Source: Octopus vulgaris
Lineage: Eukaryota
Length of the DNA: 64,000 nucleotides
Assembly (NCBI GenBank): GCA_951406725.2
Contig: OX597819.1
Coordinates: 744,001 to 808,000 of the forward strand
Direction: 5' to 3'
Positions 13,501 through 27,459 of this stretch are shown in pieces (position 1 is the first letter of the stretch; each line of letters opens with the position of its first letter). The notes beneath the pieces were generated by a model that did not search any database, had not been told where the DNA came from, and saw only the letters and a program-made list of their open reading frames with translations. A program made the position numbers and the translations under genes.

Positions 13501-15431
13501 TATACTAAATGCCTTCAATCGTCAGCACAGAACCAAGTTGAAAACCTGCTTAAATGAATCTGTCACATTCTGTTTGTCATATAGAAACTCGAGTGAATTT
13601 TGACTGGTTTTCAGATATGAAATATCTTAATATATGTCGCATAAATAGGGGGACTAAACTTGCCCCTCTAAGTTGAAGGGCTTTACTGAAAACAAGAGGA
13701 TTTTTGACTCCCAACAGTATAGGAACCTAGATAAAAACAGATAATTATGTAAGGGGTTGTACCTAGATCGAAGCAGTCTGGCTTCGTCTTTAGATGGAAT
13801 TGCGTTGTCGTTTTGCACACTTTATGAAAATGAAAAAAATCAAACCACCAAACAATGATATTCGAGCTAAATCATTATTTTCATTTGCCTGAATAATTCC
13901 TCGCTAAGCTAATTTCCTGATTGTGGGAAGACATATAAAATATGTACTCGTTTCCTATTCCATATTTCACAGCTCAGCAGAATTGAAAGTGAGGTAGTTG
14001 ACAGAAGGAAAATCAAGGCATTCGTTGCCTTTTCATGACAGCAGTTCAACAGGAAGGTGTGAAACAGCAAGAAGAAGAGGTCAATGAATAAAAAGCTGAA
14101 GCTAAAAACGTCACTGATGCAGAATATATTAAACTGAAAAATCCATATAATCTCATTGCTCGTAAAAATGTGTGTGTGTCGTCCATATCATTAAGTGTTA
14201 CACACGATTTTCACAAAAGATCAGGTAAAACGTCAAATTGGAAAGCAGATCGAACGCACGAAGGGTTTGATTTTTATCGCAATCATTATCAGTTGGAGGG
14301 AGATTAGTACGAGTGGTTCGTTCAGGTGTAGACATACCAAGTGTATATGGGTAGGGACCCTGGTAGACACACACATTTGGCACGTTTCTCCTATTTATAA
14401 TAACAGCTGAAGACGAACAAAATTTCGTAATAAAAGCAAAATGATTTCATATTCCAACACAAAACACACACTTTTCCGTTTGTGGATACATAAAAACAAA
14501 ATCGAATCTACAGAGAGTAAGGGTGTGATCAATAAATTTGACATTTTGGTTTATAATTAACCCAAGCATCAACCTGAAATTGCCAGAATGTGTAAAAATC
14601 AATGTGGAAAGGAATTTGACAGATTATCGAAGATATTAAGCTGGAAATGTGAAGTGAGAAGGAAATAGAAGAAAATGAATTACACGATTATGTATAAGAG
14701 TGTGTGTGTGAATGCATGTCTATGTATGTATGTATGTGATAGATAGAGAGATAGATAGATAGAGAGATCGATAGAGAGAGAGATCGATAGAGAGTGATAG
14801 GTAGGATAGATGGATAGGTGTTGTATTTGTAGGTGAGAGGGAGGCACGCCTAGAAATATGCATAACATTGCAAAAGGCTTATCACGAGAATCATGGTCGA
14901 GCAGAGCCATGATCAAAGATTTTCCATCCGTAACCATCCCGTCGTTTTTTTCATAATTATGACTCTATTATCCAACGTGTCCTTCATTTCAGTGAGATGG
15001 CAGGTGTTATTCGAAGAGATTTGGTTACTGCTATTAGCAGAGTGAGAAGCTTCATTATATAGAAAGTGACCCGAAAATATTTCAGAAAAAAAACATTATT
15101 TCTAAATTAAAATTAATTGTGTGTGAAAGGAAAACTTGATAAATTTGTATTTCCATGAGTCTGGTGCGAATGTTGAGGAAATTAAGAATTAAAGATGTCG
15201 AGGTTTCATAATTATATTCGTGAAATTAGGTCTGATTTTATTCGGTGTCTGTGGTTAATATGGGACAAATCTGATGACATTCCAGGATAAAACAGGTTTT
15301 TTATACAACAGTGGAAATGGGGAATAAATAAACGAGGCCTGGACGAGAAAAACAAATCAATAGGAACATTGTGTAGCAAAGATTAATAATATTACAGCTA
15401 TGACGATTGCTACCACAACAACTATTATTAT

Positions 15432-15486
<55 letters not shown>

Positions 15487-15777
15487 GAATGGAGAGTTTT
15501 CGAGGAATCCGCGGCCGAGTTTCTAAAGAGATTCGTTGAAAGGCCAACAGGTTTGACACAGAGAAAGAAAAAAACATTGGATAACAATCATTGCAAAGAC
15601 GCAAATAAAATAAAGGAAAAGGTTGGTTTCTCTTTCAGTAAATTAAATTTATAAATGAATTGTGAAAATTAGGAAACGGGAGAAATTTATTCCGATTTGG
15701 CAGAAGAAGACGAAACCAAAATAAATGACAGGAAAGCTTTTATATTGGAAAAGGAAATATGTTTATATATGACTTAC

Positions 15778-16109
15778 TGGCAATCATTCATAATTTCCTC
15801 TTGTGTTCGAATTTGAACAGGGGCGAATTTCTCAACTTTTTCTTCGAAATTACAAAAGCATTTCGTAATTTTTTCATCGAATGTATTAACCAAGTCTTCG
15901 AGTGATCCTGACACAGTTTCGCCGAAGTGATTCTCAGCCACTAAGTTATTGTCATTTTTTTCATTTGTTCCTTTCGAAGGCTTAGGGTTCTTGTTAGAAT
16001 TTTCTACCTCTGTAACTGTTTGAAAATCGTTAAAATCATTCCATTCCTCACTTTCAAATGTGGCCAAAGGAGCCTCAAACTGTAATTCCGCCATCTTTAG
16101 GCCCCGCAT
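15778..16109 (-). CDS. unc-76: First coding exon of fasciculation and elongation protein zeta (FEZ1/FEZ2/UNC-76 family, kinesin-1 adaptor)
   Basis: MRGLKMAELQFEAPLA...SGSLEDLVNTFDEKITKCF...APVQIRTQEEIMNDCQ is the conserved UNC-76/FEZ N-terminus. ATG at 16109; second ATG at 16094 in AAGATGGCGG context. Phase-2 donor CA|GTAAGT at 15777. Exon 2 not found in the window. Confidence 0.93.
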
Positions 16110-16384
16110 CCTCAGCACCAGACGACCTTCACCTTTGCAACGGAATCAAGCGAGGGGAGAAAACACGCAATTTTCACCCCAGCTCTCACTTTTCACTCGA
16201 AAAAAGAATGCTCTTTTTTTTTCTTGCCCTTTTTGCTCGCTTTTTTCTCCCCAAACTGTAAAAGATAAACGGAGGAATTCCTTACAATATTTCTCATCAA
16301 AATTTCCTTTCGTCTGCCGATTTGCGGTTGCGTGATGTCTGCTGCCTCTCGCCTTGCTACTCTCTGCACGACTATCCTGTCGTC

Positions 16385-16420
16385 TGCTTTTCAATGGCCG
16401 CCCATAGCTCCGCCTATAAT
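16385..16420 (-). promoter_or_regulatory. Putative core promoter of the FEZ/UNC-76 gene
   Basis: Minus strand GGCGGAGCTATGGGCGGCCATTG (two GC boxes and a YY1-like motif) about 290 bp upstream of the ATG, in a CpG-retaining region. Confidence 0.5.
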
Positions 16421-17434
16421 ATTAATATTCAAACTACAACGGTTGCAGATAATAGTAGTTGCAGTAGCAATGGGTTATGGCATTTAAACAAATATTATTT
16501 TTAAAACCTATCATATCAAACTACCGATAATACCGCAGTAATAGCAGTAGTACGTTAATTACACACTACCTATACCTGCAAATGAACCAGGACTCGAGTA
16601 ATTTTTCATTCAGTATGGCATTAGGTTTTTTTTTTAAAGCAAAAACCCGAGAATCTAATTAAGTCAGGCATATATGCATGAATGCATCCATACATGAATA
16701 TATACATACATACATGCATATACACTCAAACACACATGTATTTATGTATGTATGTATGTATATATATATATATATATATATATAGTACGTATGTATCTAT
16801 ATATACATGTATATATATGTGTGTGTTTGTGTGTGTATGTATGTATGAATATATATGCATGTGCATAGGTATGTATGTGTGCTTGTGTGGGTATATACAT
16901 ATACACACACACACATACATACATACATACATACATACATACATACATACATACATACATACATACATACATACACACACATACGCATACACGCAGGGAA
17001 AGAAAGAATTAATGAATTAGGAAAATTTTTGAATCAAAGATTGAGAGCAGGAAGATGATTGTACTCAAAATAAATGACTAACTACAGAGCAAATAGTTGT
17101 ATTTTACAGATGAATGTTTTAACTAAGATACTCCGCTTTTACTTATTCATAAATAATTCTGGAATATTTTCTTTCAAACTATTCTCTTTCAAAGGAACAA
17201 ACTTTGATTTAGCAAAAGAGAAAATTCTTTATTAAAACCTCAAATGTATGTATGTATGCATTCATGCATGACTTATGCATGTATTATGCATGTATATTTA
17301 AAAATATATGTATCGTGTATGTGTACTTGCATGCATGCAAGTATGTTTGTATGTCTGTATATGTGTGTATTGTATGTATGTGTGTATGTGAGTACATGTG
17401 AGTATATGTACATATTGTACATATGCAAGTACAT

Positions 17435-18645
17435 ACTGGGTTGGACAAAGTAATAGCATCATAATTTTGAAATATCTATAAAACTGTCAAAAGCTTGTTT
17501 ATTTTTATGTTTTTTGATTTATTATTAGTGTTGCTTAATGTTTTGCTAAAATTACTATTTCTTTTCAAATATCATCAGAAAAAGGTAATTAAAATTCATT
17601 AAAATGACAGATCTATCGAACTTTCAAAGAGGTCAAATTGTTGGTGAAGGTATGGTAGGTGCTAGCACAACAAAACCAGCCGAAATGTTTGGTGTATCAA
17701 GATGTACTGTCTTGAAAGTAATGATAGCCTTTGAGAAAGAAGGAAAAACCTCATCGAAACAAAACTCTGGAAGAAAACCAAAATTCTTATGCGAATTATT
17801 AGAAGGAATTACAAAAGTACAGCTCCCAAAATTACTGCAGAGCTTAATGACCACTTTGAGAACCCAATATTCACAAAACTGTTCGCCGAGAATTGCACAA
17901 AGTTGGATTTCATGGGAGGGATGCAATTGGAAAACCACTACTTTCAAAAAACAAATGTTGCAAAGCGTTTAGAGTGGAGTAAAAACCTACAGAATTGGTC
18001 CCTAGATGAGTGATCCTTTATCTTATTTCTGACCACTGGCCAAGTATACATGTGGAGACAGCCAAAAGAAGCATTTGACCCAGACTGTCTTCTTTCAACT
18101 GTTAGATATGGAGGAGGATTTGCGATGCTCTGGGTGGGGGTGGGGGGTATATCTTGGAAATCTGCCAGCCCAATAGTTTCCCTTCATGGCAGAATTAATA
18201 GGCAAGATTATTTAAGCATTTTATCTGATCAAATTCATCCTATGGTTGCAGAACTGTTTCTGGAGGGAAATGCAATCTTTCAGGATGATAATGCACCAAT
18301 TCACACAGCTAAAGTTGTTACTGAATGGCACAAGGAATATTCTAGTGAAGTTGAACATCTTATCTGACCATTACAGTTCCCAGATCTGAATATTATTGAA
18401 CATTTATGGCGCAGTTTAGAAAAACAAGTAAGGAGTCAATATCCTTCACCATTATCACTACAAGAACTGGAGAGTGTTTTAGCTGAAGAATGGACAAAAA
18501 GTCCTTTGGAAACAATTCAAACTTTGTACGAGTCCATACCTCATGGAATTCAAGCTGTAATTACTGCCAAAGGCAATCCTACCTCATATTAAAATAAATT
18601 TGTTTGAAATTTTAAGGTGTTTCTATTATTTTGTCCAACCCCTGT
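17435..18645 (+). mobile_element. Tc1-like transposon, near full length, frameshifted
   Basis: MTDLSNFQRGQIVG HTH, FQDDNAPIH, then (W)P..PDLNIIEHLW; TIRs GGGTTGGACAAA / TTTGTCCAACCC with TA flanks. Confidence 0.92.
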
Positions 18646-18899
18646 ATGTATGCATGTGTGTGTGTGTGTGTGTGTGTATTATTTAGTAGCCATATACTTG
18701 GTGATACATACATGGTGGCTGCCCCCTCGTTATCAAGTATGGCCATTATACGAAGCTTAATCAATGTTATTATCGTACAATGCCAGTGCAAGATGATTTT
18801 TTTTAAAGTGAGGAAAGGCTGTGCACTGAGTCAATCCCACTCACTAAGCAACAGCAGCCATAATCCGTAAAGAAGAACAAGTCAATATCATCGGTAACC

Positions 18900-19264
18900 A
18901 CTGAGCCGCAGGTTTTATGTCGGAGCTATCCCAGTTACCTGAGTTACCTTCTCCTAGAAGGATGCCCTAATAAAGGCTAGGAGTCCTTCACTCCCAATGG
19001 TTGAACCACGCGATCGGGTATTCAATCCGATTATTTCTATGTCCCCACACATGATACAGTCTTAAGACATTTATTGGATGGCCATTGACTCTCAAGAGTT
19101 CCTCCACCCTTTGACGTGTTTTGTTTTTCATCCCACAGGGTGTCCAATAAACATCCTCCTCACCAAGCAAGCTTGGTGGGGTTGCCGGTTTAGTCACCCA
19201 CGACCCGACCATGCAACAGGTTGTACTGGGTTACATGTTACCAGTAGCACTCGAAAGTGACCTG
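18900..19264 (-). mobile_element. Probable RTE LINE 5' UTR fragment next to (CATA)n
   Basis: GC-richer block with CTAGGAGAAGGTAACTC...TAAAACC, resembling RTE 5' regions; no ORF. Confidence 0.4.
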
Positions 19265-20734
19265 ACATACATACATACATACATACATACATACATACAT
19301 ACATACATACATACATACATACATACCCTGTTGTTGATGTTGAAATTCTAATGAAGGAGCCTAGGATCTTGGTTAGAAACTGACTCTCTCTGTTGGCAAG
19401 AAATCTTGAAATAAAACTGAATAAAGGCATACATACATACATACATACATACATACATACATACATAAAAGAATGGTTAGATGTGTTAATGTGTATATAA
19501 GCATAAATATATGTGTTGTGTGGATTCATGTTGAGTGTGTGAGTGTGAGCGTGTGGATGCTAAGTTAAAAGGGAAAGAGTAAGCTTTCATCATTTGATTA
19601 TCATATCAAAATACAAGTATTTATTTGGGTCATGTTATATACATGTCAGCAATGTTGTTTCCCAAGCTTGAATGAATTTTCATTTGAGTAGTGTCAAAGC
19701 TGATAACTTTCCTTATGTGTGTGTATGTGATGATGGTCATCATCATTTTTAACATTTGTCTTTCATGCTGGCATAGGTTTCTTGGTTTGACAAGAAATGA
19801 GGAGTTGAAAGATTGTATCATGCTCTAATGTTTATTTTGGCATGGTTTCTATGGCTGCATATCCTTCTCTGATGCCAACCACTTCAGAGAGTAGAGTGGC
19901 TGTTTTTTGTTTCTTTTTGTGTGTGGCAACAGCATTAGTGCACTTACCATATAGCTCACAAGAATAAGACTGAGTAAATATACAGTAGAGAGGGGAGGAG
20001 GCAGCCTCATGCTAGATAATGAAAAGTTAGAGCATGAAAGAAGGGGTTGGAACAGATTTCTTGCATTAGAGAACATATATGGCTACTCCCATTTTACAAG
20101 AGTAGATGGGAGAAAATGGTGTGAGACTGAAAAGAGAGATACGTATGGTGGTTACAAGGTGTCAGAGTGGATCCTGGAGGTAGAAAGATAGAAAGGGTGG
20201 CTGGATAGAGGTTGCAAGAATGCAAGGAGAGAGTGAAGGATGGTTAAAGATAGGGCAGAGGTGCAAATATATTGAATGATGAATAAGGGTTAATGATAAA
20301 TATGTGTTGGATGGAAGGTGGGAGAGATTAAATGATGTCTAGAGAATGTAATGAATAGTGGAAGAGGAATCAATGCTATACATGAGTTAGTGGAGGATGG
20401 AGGTAGGGATAGGCACTGAGTGGTAGAACAGAAAAGTGGAGAGCAGTAGAATAACAATTTTTATACAGTAGAGAGGAGAAGGATGAGAGAAAGGGAGATT
20501 ATGTGTGGGTGGGTAGGTTACAAGAGTGTGAATAGAGAGAAAGATGTAATATGTGGAGGGAGTGAGCGATATATCATGATATTGGCAAATCAGCAAAAAA
20601 CGGTTCTGTGAAGAGGGTGCCTAGCAATAGTATGAGATGTTTAACAGGAAGAGACTCAGATGGTAATTTGGTGACATAGAAGGTTGGGTTGATTCATGTA
20701 AAATGTGAATGGAAAGGAACATGATGATGATTAT

Positions 20735-21812
20735 CGTCATCATCGTTTAACATCCGTTTTCTGTGCTGGCATGGGTTGGATGGTTTGACTGAGGTCTGCA
20801 GAGCCAGTGGCTGCACTAGCCAGTGGCTGATCTAGCAATGTTTCTATAGCTGGATGCCCTTCCTAATGCCAACCACTCTGAGAGTGCAGTGGGTGCTTTT
20901 TACGTGCCACTGGCACAAGAGCCAGTCAGGCAGGCCTGGCATCAATCACTTTCAGATAGTGCTTTTTACATGCCACTGGCACAGGGGCCAGTCAGGAGGT
21001 ACTGGAACTGGCCACGTTCGGATGGTGCTTTTTATGTGCCACCAGCACAAGAGCCAGTCAGCGAGTACTGGCATCAACCACATTTGGTTGGTGCTTTTTA
21101 TGTGCCACTGGCACAAGAGCCAGTCAGGCAGACCTGGCATTGAATATGTTTGGATGGTGTTTTTTACGTGCCACTGGCATCGGAGGTACTGGCATTGGCC
21201 ATGTTCAGTTGGTGCTTTTTACGTGCCACTGGCACAGGAGCCAGTCAGTTGGACTTGGCATCGACCATATTTGGATGGTGCTTTTTACATGCCAGTCAGT
21301 GGGAACTGGCCACAGCTACGATATTGGTTTTACTTTACTCAACAGCTCTTCTCAAGCATATCATATCACCCGACACATCAGGGGAATTCTTAACAGGGCC
21401 AGACATGTGTGGCTACAATCTCACTTTAGTTGCTGAGTCTTCTTAATCACAGCATACCTCCAAAAGTCCCAGTCTCCTGTCATTGCCACTGTGAGGTTCA
21501 ATGTTTGAAGGTCATGCTTCACCACCTCATCCCATGCCTTCCTAGGTCTACCTCTTCCACAGCTTCCTTCTACAGTTAGGGAGTGACACTTCCTCACACA
21601 GCTGTCTTCATTCATACATAACACAGGACCATATCAGTACAGTTGCCTCTCTTGCTTGATGCCTCTTATGCCCAACTTTTCTTTCAGGGCACTTAACCTC
21701 TGTCATATATGCACACTGACATTATGCATCCAGTGGATCATACTAGCTTCCTTTTTTTCAAGCCTATGCATGTCCTCAACATTCATGGCCCATGTTTCAC
21801 TGCCATGAACAA
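20735..21812 (-). mobile_element. 5'-truncated RTE LINE with ~54-bp VNTR in the 3' UTR
   Basis: CVRKCHSLTVEGSCGRGRPRKAWDEVVKHDL C-terminus; repeated GGTGCTTTTTACGTGCCAC units 20890-21300; (CAT)n tail. Confidence 0.88.
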
Positions 21813-21951
21813 CGTTATGAAAACTGGAATACAAAAAACTGATCAGTCACATGAAAATTTTATATTATGATATTATGATATAGAAGTCAAGTTAACCAGT
21901 GAATATTTAACTGTTATATTTGTTATGATGATGATGATACACACACACACA

Positions 21952-22003
<52 letters not shown>

Positions 22004-22036
22004 ATATATATATATGTATATATATGTATGTATATG

Positions 22037-22115
<79 letters not shown>

Positions 22116-22477
22116 AATATTTAAAAGAAGTTTTATATATCAGCATTGCCAAAATATTCTGGAGTCATACCAGTTTGCATGAGGTTGAAGCATATTGGAA
22201 TAGGATGCTTCATGTCTGCTTCTCCAAAATAGACAGTCGTAAAGAGTTGTGATTGTAATGACAAAAGTTTGATAAGCTTGTAATACTAAATGAGTTATAT
22301 GTAAACAAGTTTCCAAGAATGATGTTTTAATCAGAAAATGATAAAAAAATTAATATCATGATAGAGAAATAACAACAAAAATATTTCATTTCCTTATCAG
22401 AAATATTCTCAAAATGTGACAATCTTAAAGTTTTAGTGATTGCTATTTTTATGTCAAATTGTGCAAACTGCATTTGA

Positions 22478-22700
22478 CACTTTAGCATTTGAACTGGCCA
22501 TTTTGGGCTCAAATATTCTGCATGTTTCATGTTCAAACTGGCTAGATCCAGCTTCTCACATCTAACCTACAATGCCATTCTAAAAATAAAGTCACTTCAT
22601 CGAAATCTCAAAGCTACAAGATAATGCATGATTAATTCTACAGAATGTGAATAAATAAGTATTATAATTAACAGAGTCATTTGAATGCTAAAGGGTTAAA
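22478..22700. mobile_element. piggyBac-like MITE (same family as 10384)
   Basis: CTTTAGCATTTGAA...TTGAATGCTAAAGGGTTAA terminal inverted repeats. Confidence 0.65.
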
Positions 22701-23449
22701 TTGTATGGGTCTATTGAAAGATAAACTGTGTCTGATAAAACAAATTGTGACGTATATAACGTGAATATCACAATAGTTATTTGATTTGATGCAAAATATT
22801 TCTCCACTTGTTTTCAGAAATAGAGGAGAAAAGGTTTTGAAACAATATATTGATAAAAGATAGAGAGAACAGCCTGAGCTTAGTTGAAGTTGAGGAAAAG
22901 AAATTGGCTTGGCGAGATTTTATTCAGTCTGAAAGCTGTAGAAAGCCTCAGTTGTCTTTTACATATTTTATTGCAGCTTTGTTTCCATCATTTTTCATCA
23001 GTATTTCATAGTTAAACTATTTGATTTCCTAGTTTTAGAGGATCTACTATTTAAATGGAACACAGGTTACTAATGTGCATTTGACAATATTGATCGGTAT
23101 TAACAATCAGTCAGTGACGATAGCAGACTCGGTGTGTGTAGGACAAATAAAGGATGCATAGCTAAATGGGCTTGTAGATTATTTATTTATTTATTTGTAG
23201 CTGAACAACAACAGGTATGGCAGAAAGTCAGCAAGCTGAGGCATGGATGAATAAGGTGAGAACATTGGTAAGCTTAACTGAAGCATCCTATTTGAAATGT
23301 ATTTAAAATAAAGTATAAAGCTATATTTAGGATAAAATTTCATACAATTGATGATTTGAAGATTTAATAATCATAAAAAAACAATGGTGTTATATTTACA
23401 TTGATTTGTCAATCGACATGAAGGACGTGCAAAGACATGCTTAGATACA

Positions 23450-23486
<37 letters not shown>

Positions 23487-23821
23487 ATTCATAATTATGC
23501 AGGCATTCATCTATATGCATATATACACATATGTAACATAACCACCACGACCACCACCATCATCATCACTGTTGTTGCTATCATCATGATATATATTTTA
23601 TGGCCTTTAAGTTATTTAAAGTTCTTACAACAGAGGATGTAGAACTCAGGTGGCTTTCTTTTATTTCTCACCTGTCTACTTTACTCTGAAGAAGGAACTC
23701 TAACCAAAACCCTGGATATTCCACTCCTCACAGCAATTTCACTGCACTCTTTCTATTGATTTATATATACGTATGTGTGTGTGTGTGTGTGTGTGTATGC
23801 ATATATATATAAGTATATATA

Positions 23822-24556
23822 TCATCATCATCATCATCATCATCATTTAACGTCTGCTTTCCATGCTAGCATGGGTTGGACGATTTGACTGAGGTCTGGC
23901 GAACCAGACTCCAATCTGATCTGGCAGAGTTTCTACAGCTGGATACCCTTCCTAACGCCAACCACTCCGAGAGTGTAGTGGGTGCTTTTACGTGCCACCG
24001 GCACAAGGGCCAGTTTGGTGGTACTGGCAACGGTCACACTCAAATGGTGCTTTTTACGTGCCACCTGCACAGGAGCCAGTCCAGCGGCACTGGTGATGAC
24101 CTCGCTCGAATATTTCACATGCCACCAGCACAAGTGCTAGTAAGGCGACGCAGTAACGATCACACTTGAATGGTGTGCTTAACGTGCCATCAGCACGAAG
24201 GCCAGCTTGTTGCTCTGGCAACGATCTCACTCGTATGGTACTCTTAGCGCTCCACTAGCAACGGATGCCAGTCACCGAATTTGATTTCGACTTCAATTTC
24301 ACTTGCCTCAACTGGTCTTTGCAAGCAGAGTTTAGAGTCCAATGAAGAAAAGGCACGCACAAGTGGACTGGTTACACCCCTAGCATAGGCCACAAGGTTA
24401 TGGCCACCCTTGCGCTTGCCGAGTCTTCTGCAGCACAGCATATTTCCAGAGGTCCCGGTCACTAGTCATTGCCTCGGTGAGGCTCAGTGTTCAAAGGTCA
24501 TGCTTCACCACCACATCCCAGGTCTTCCTGGGTCTACCTCTTCCACAGGTTCCCTC
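23822..24556 (-). mobile_element. RTE LINE 3' fragment
   Basis: (CAT)n tail, conserved CTGGATACCCTTCCTAACGCCAACC motif, remnant of the GRGRPRKTW coding end. Confidence 0.85.
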
Positions 24557-24557
24557 A

Positions 24558-25039
24558 AATTTATTCAATAAAATTGCCATTGGCTTCAACCACGGCCTCC
24601 AGGCGACTTCGGAATCTCCTGCAACTCTTCTGGATGGTCTCCTTGCTTAAGTTGGTGAATGCTGCCATAATCTTTGTCTTCAGTTCATCTTTGGTGTTAC
24701 AAGGAGTTTTGTTTTGTCTTTTGGTCAACTGTGACCCACACATAATAATCAAGGGGGTTGCAGTCTGGGGAGTTAGGTAGCCAGATGTTAGGGGTGATGT
24801 GGTCGCAGAAATTGTCTGACAGCCGTGACTGGGTTCCTCTACTCATGTGGTATGGGACAGACTCCAGTTGCCAGAAATAGGGTCTTACAGCAGCTACCCT
24901 CTTGACCCAAGGCCTCACAACCTCCTCTAGGCACCTGATGTAGGCCTCCGTGTTGAGTCTGAAGCCGTGTGGGAAGATGAATGGAGGCATAACAACATTT
25001 TGTGTAGTTTAGATGACAATTTAATCAACCCACTCTGTA
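24558..25039 (-). mobile_element. Tc1/mariner (maT/DD37D-like) internally deleted fragment
   Basis: WLPNSPDCNPLDYYVW and KSCRRFRSRLEAVVEANGNFIE; TIR at 25007-25038. Confidence 0.8.
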
Positions 25040-25133
25040 CATATATACATATATACATACATACATACATATATGTGTGTATGTATGTATATCTACAGTA
25101 TATATAAATATATATATATATATATATACATAC

Positions 25134-25220
<87 letters not shown>

Positions 25221-25299
25221 CATATATATATATATATCTACAGCCTCAAGAGAGCCTCCTGGGTATTTGAAAAAATCTAATTCCCATGTGTTCTTAGTG

Positions 25300-27385
25300 C
25301 TTATTGTTCCTACACATCTGCCACATACAAAGACTACTTTATCTGTTAATCTACCTGTGATTCCACTGCACCTAGTTTACACAGGGTACAGCGAATGGAA
25401 TTTCTTCCAACTCTTCTCCTACTTATTGAGCTGGGCCATTTTCCTGATGAAAAAAAGAGTTTTATCTTCTCTCTAACTTACGACAACTTTAGTCTTAGTT
25501 AGGTATACTTTAAGGCCCTTTGATTCCCGGTTTTGTTTCCATACCTGTAATTACTTCTCCAATTCTGCTAAAGATTCTGCAATAAGAGCAAGGTCGTCAG
25601 TGTATAGCAGTTCCCATGGGCACCCAGTTTTGAATTCTTTTGTTATGGCCTGGATGACTATAATGAATAAGAGTGGGCTGAGAATTGAGCCCTAGTAAAC
25701 CCCTTTATTCATGGCTGACTCTCACCTTACTGAGAGCACCACTGTACATGGCTTGTACAGCTCTAACAAGCCACTCTTCTACTCCTAACTTCCTTAGAGA
25801 CCGCCATGTAACAGAGCAGGGAACTGTCGAAAGCCTTCTCCAGGTCAATGAAGGCTAAGTACAATGGCTTACTTTTGGCCAAGTACTTTTCCTGCAGCTG
25901 TCTCACTAGGAAGATGGTATCTGTGGTACTCTTCCCAGGTACAAAACCAAACTGAATCTCATCTTGTTTCGTTCCATTTCTAATCCATTCAGCTATAACT
26001 CTCTCAGTAACTTTCATGACTTGGTCTAGCAATTTAACTGCTCTCTAGATGTTTCTGTCTAAGGCATCACCTTTACCCTTATGGCAGCTAACTCTAATAC
26101 TACTACTACACCAATCATTGGGGATGGTGCTTTCCTGAATAACCTGATTAACTAAATGGGTGACTAAGCTGTATCCTACACCACTGGAAATTTTAATCAC
26201 TTCAGCAGTGATTCCTGATGGCCCAGGGGCTTTCCCTCTCTTCATGTCCTTAATTGCCTTATCTATTATTCTCTTATCAACTCTGATGGCTGGTCCCTTA
26301 ACTGGTTCGCTATTTGGTAGACTCTCCTTCTCCCATTCATTTTCCACGTTTAGTAACCTTTCATAGTGACACTTCCATGCGTCTTTCATCTGTGAGTCAC
26401 TAAGTGCAAGCATACCATCATCCATTCGCACACATTTCTCAACTACCACATCTCTACTTTCTCTGATATACTGCTTTGCAATCCTGAACACCTCACACCT
26501 CTGATCCTCACGCTGTAGAACATTTGCAAATCTCTTACCTGCAGCTACCCCTTGTGCTATGTATACCTGACATGTAGCTACCCATTAGGCTACCTGATAT
26601 AATTCTCTGCTTCCAGTATTTTCAGCCAGTCTTTTTGCTTTTATAGCACTGTCAACCTCCTTGCTTCACTACCATGTCACCTTTGGTTTAGCTGGGACTC
26701 TGCACCAACCACAGAGTTCATCCATAGCCCTCAGTAGATTGTCCTGCGGTAGATTGTCCCCAACTCTTCCTCTCTTTCGTCAGAAGCATCCATTTGTAAA
26801 TCTCTAAATTTTTGTCTGTTTGCTGGGTCTTTGAGCTTCCATAGTCTTCTTTTCCAGATTGCTTTATTTCTAGCTCTAATTCTGAAGTCACTTACTAGTA
26901 ACCTATGTTGGGTTGTACACTCTTCACCTGGGAAAGACTCTGGGTTTTTAAGCATCCAACTATCTGGTTGCCTAGTGAAGAGGTAGTCAATCTGGCTTAT
27001 GTGCTCACCAGGCTGATAAGTGATTAGGTGGCTGGCTGGTTTTTTGAAGTTAGTGTTGCAGATCATGAGATCATTTGCATCACAGAGCTCCAGCAGTCTT
27101 GTTCCCTCCTCATTTCTAGGTCCAAAACCATAGCCACCATGTACTCCCTGGAATCCATGGGGGTACTATCCAACATGCCCATTGAAGTCACCAGCCACAA
27201 TAACAAAGTATCTGTCATTTGTCATTGAGGTGATCTGCAAAGGACTTCATAGACTTGGTCCTTCTGCTCATCAGTCAGCCAAGACTGAGGGACATAGGCA
27301 GAGATAAATTTAACTGTTAAATTACCTATGATAAATCTCATCTTAATTACAGAGTCAGCAGTGACCATTGTCTGTGGAATGGCAT
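25300..27385 (-). mobile_element. RTE LINE internal fragment (AP endonuclease + RT), pseudogenised
   Basis: ISAYVPQ, ICNTNFKK...QIDYL, GKAPGPSGI, QFGFVPGKSTTD...LAFIDLEKAFD, WELLYTDD. Confidence 0.92.
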
Positions 27386-27459
27386 TCTTGGTCATCATAG
27401 CATTGGGAAATGCAATACCAATGGTCAGCTTCCCCTGGGCCTTTACACTGAGCATGAAC

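Noticed and set aside
14405-14432. CTGAAGA-CGAA...TTCG hammerhead-like motif (also CTGAAGA near 23686)
   Set aside because: GAAA core and stems I/III are missing.
19190-19262. HDV-like or twister ribozyme at the putative RTE 5' end
   Set aside because: I could not assemble the required pseudoknots by eye; needs an Infernal search.
22810-23272. Plus-strand splice-like sites suggesting a divergent transcript
   Set aside because: Short, stop-containing and compatible with chance in AT-rich DNA; no support without RNA data.
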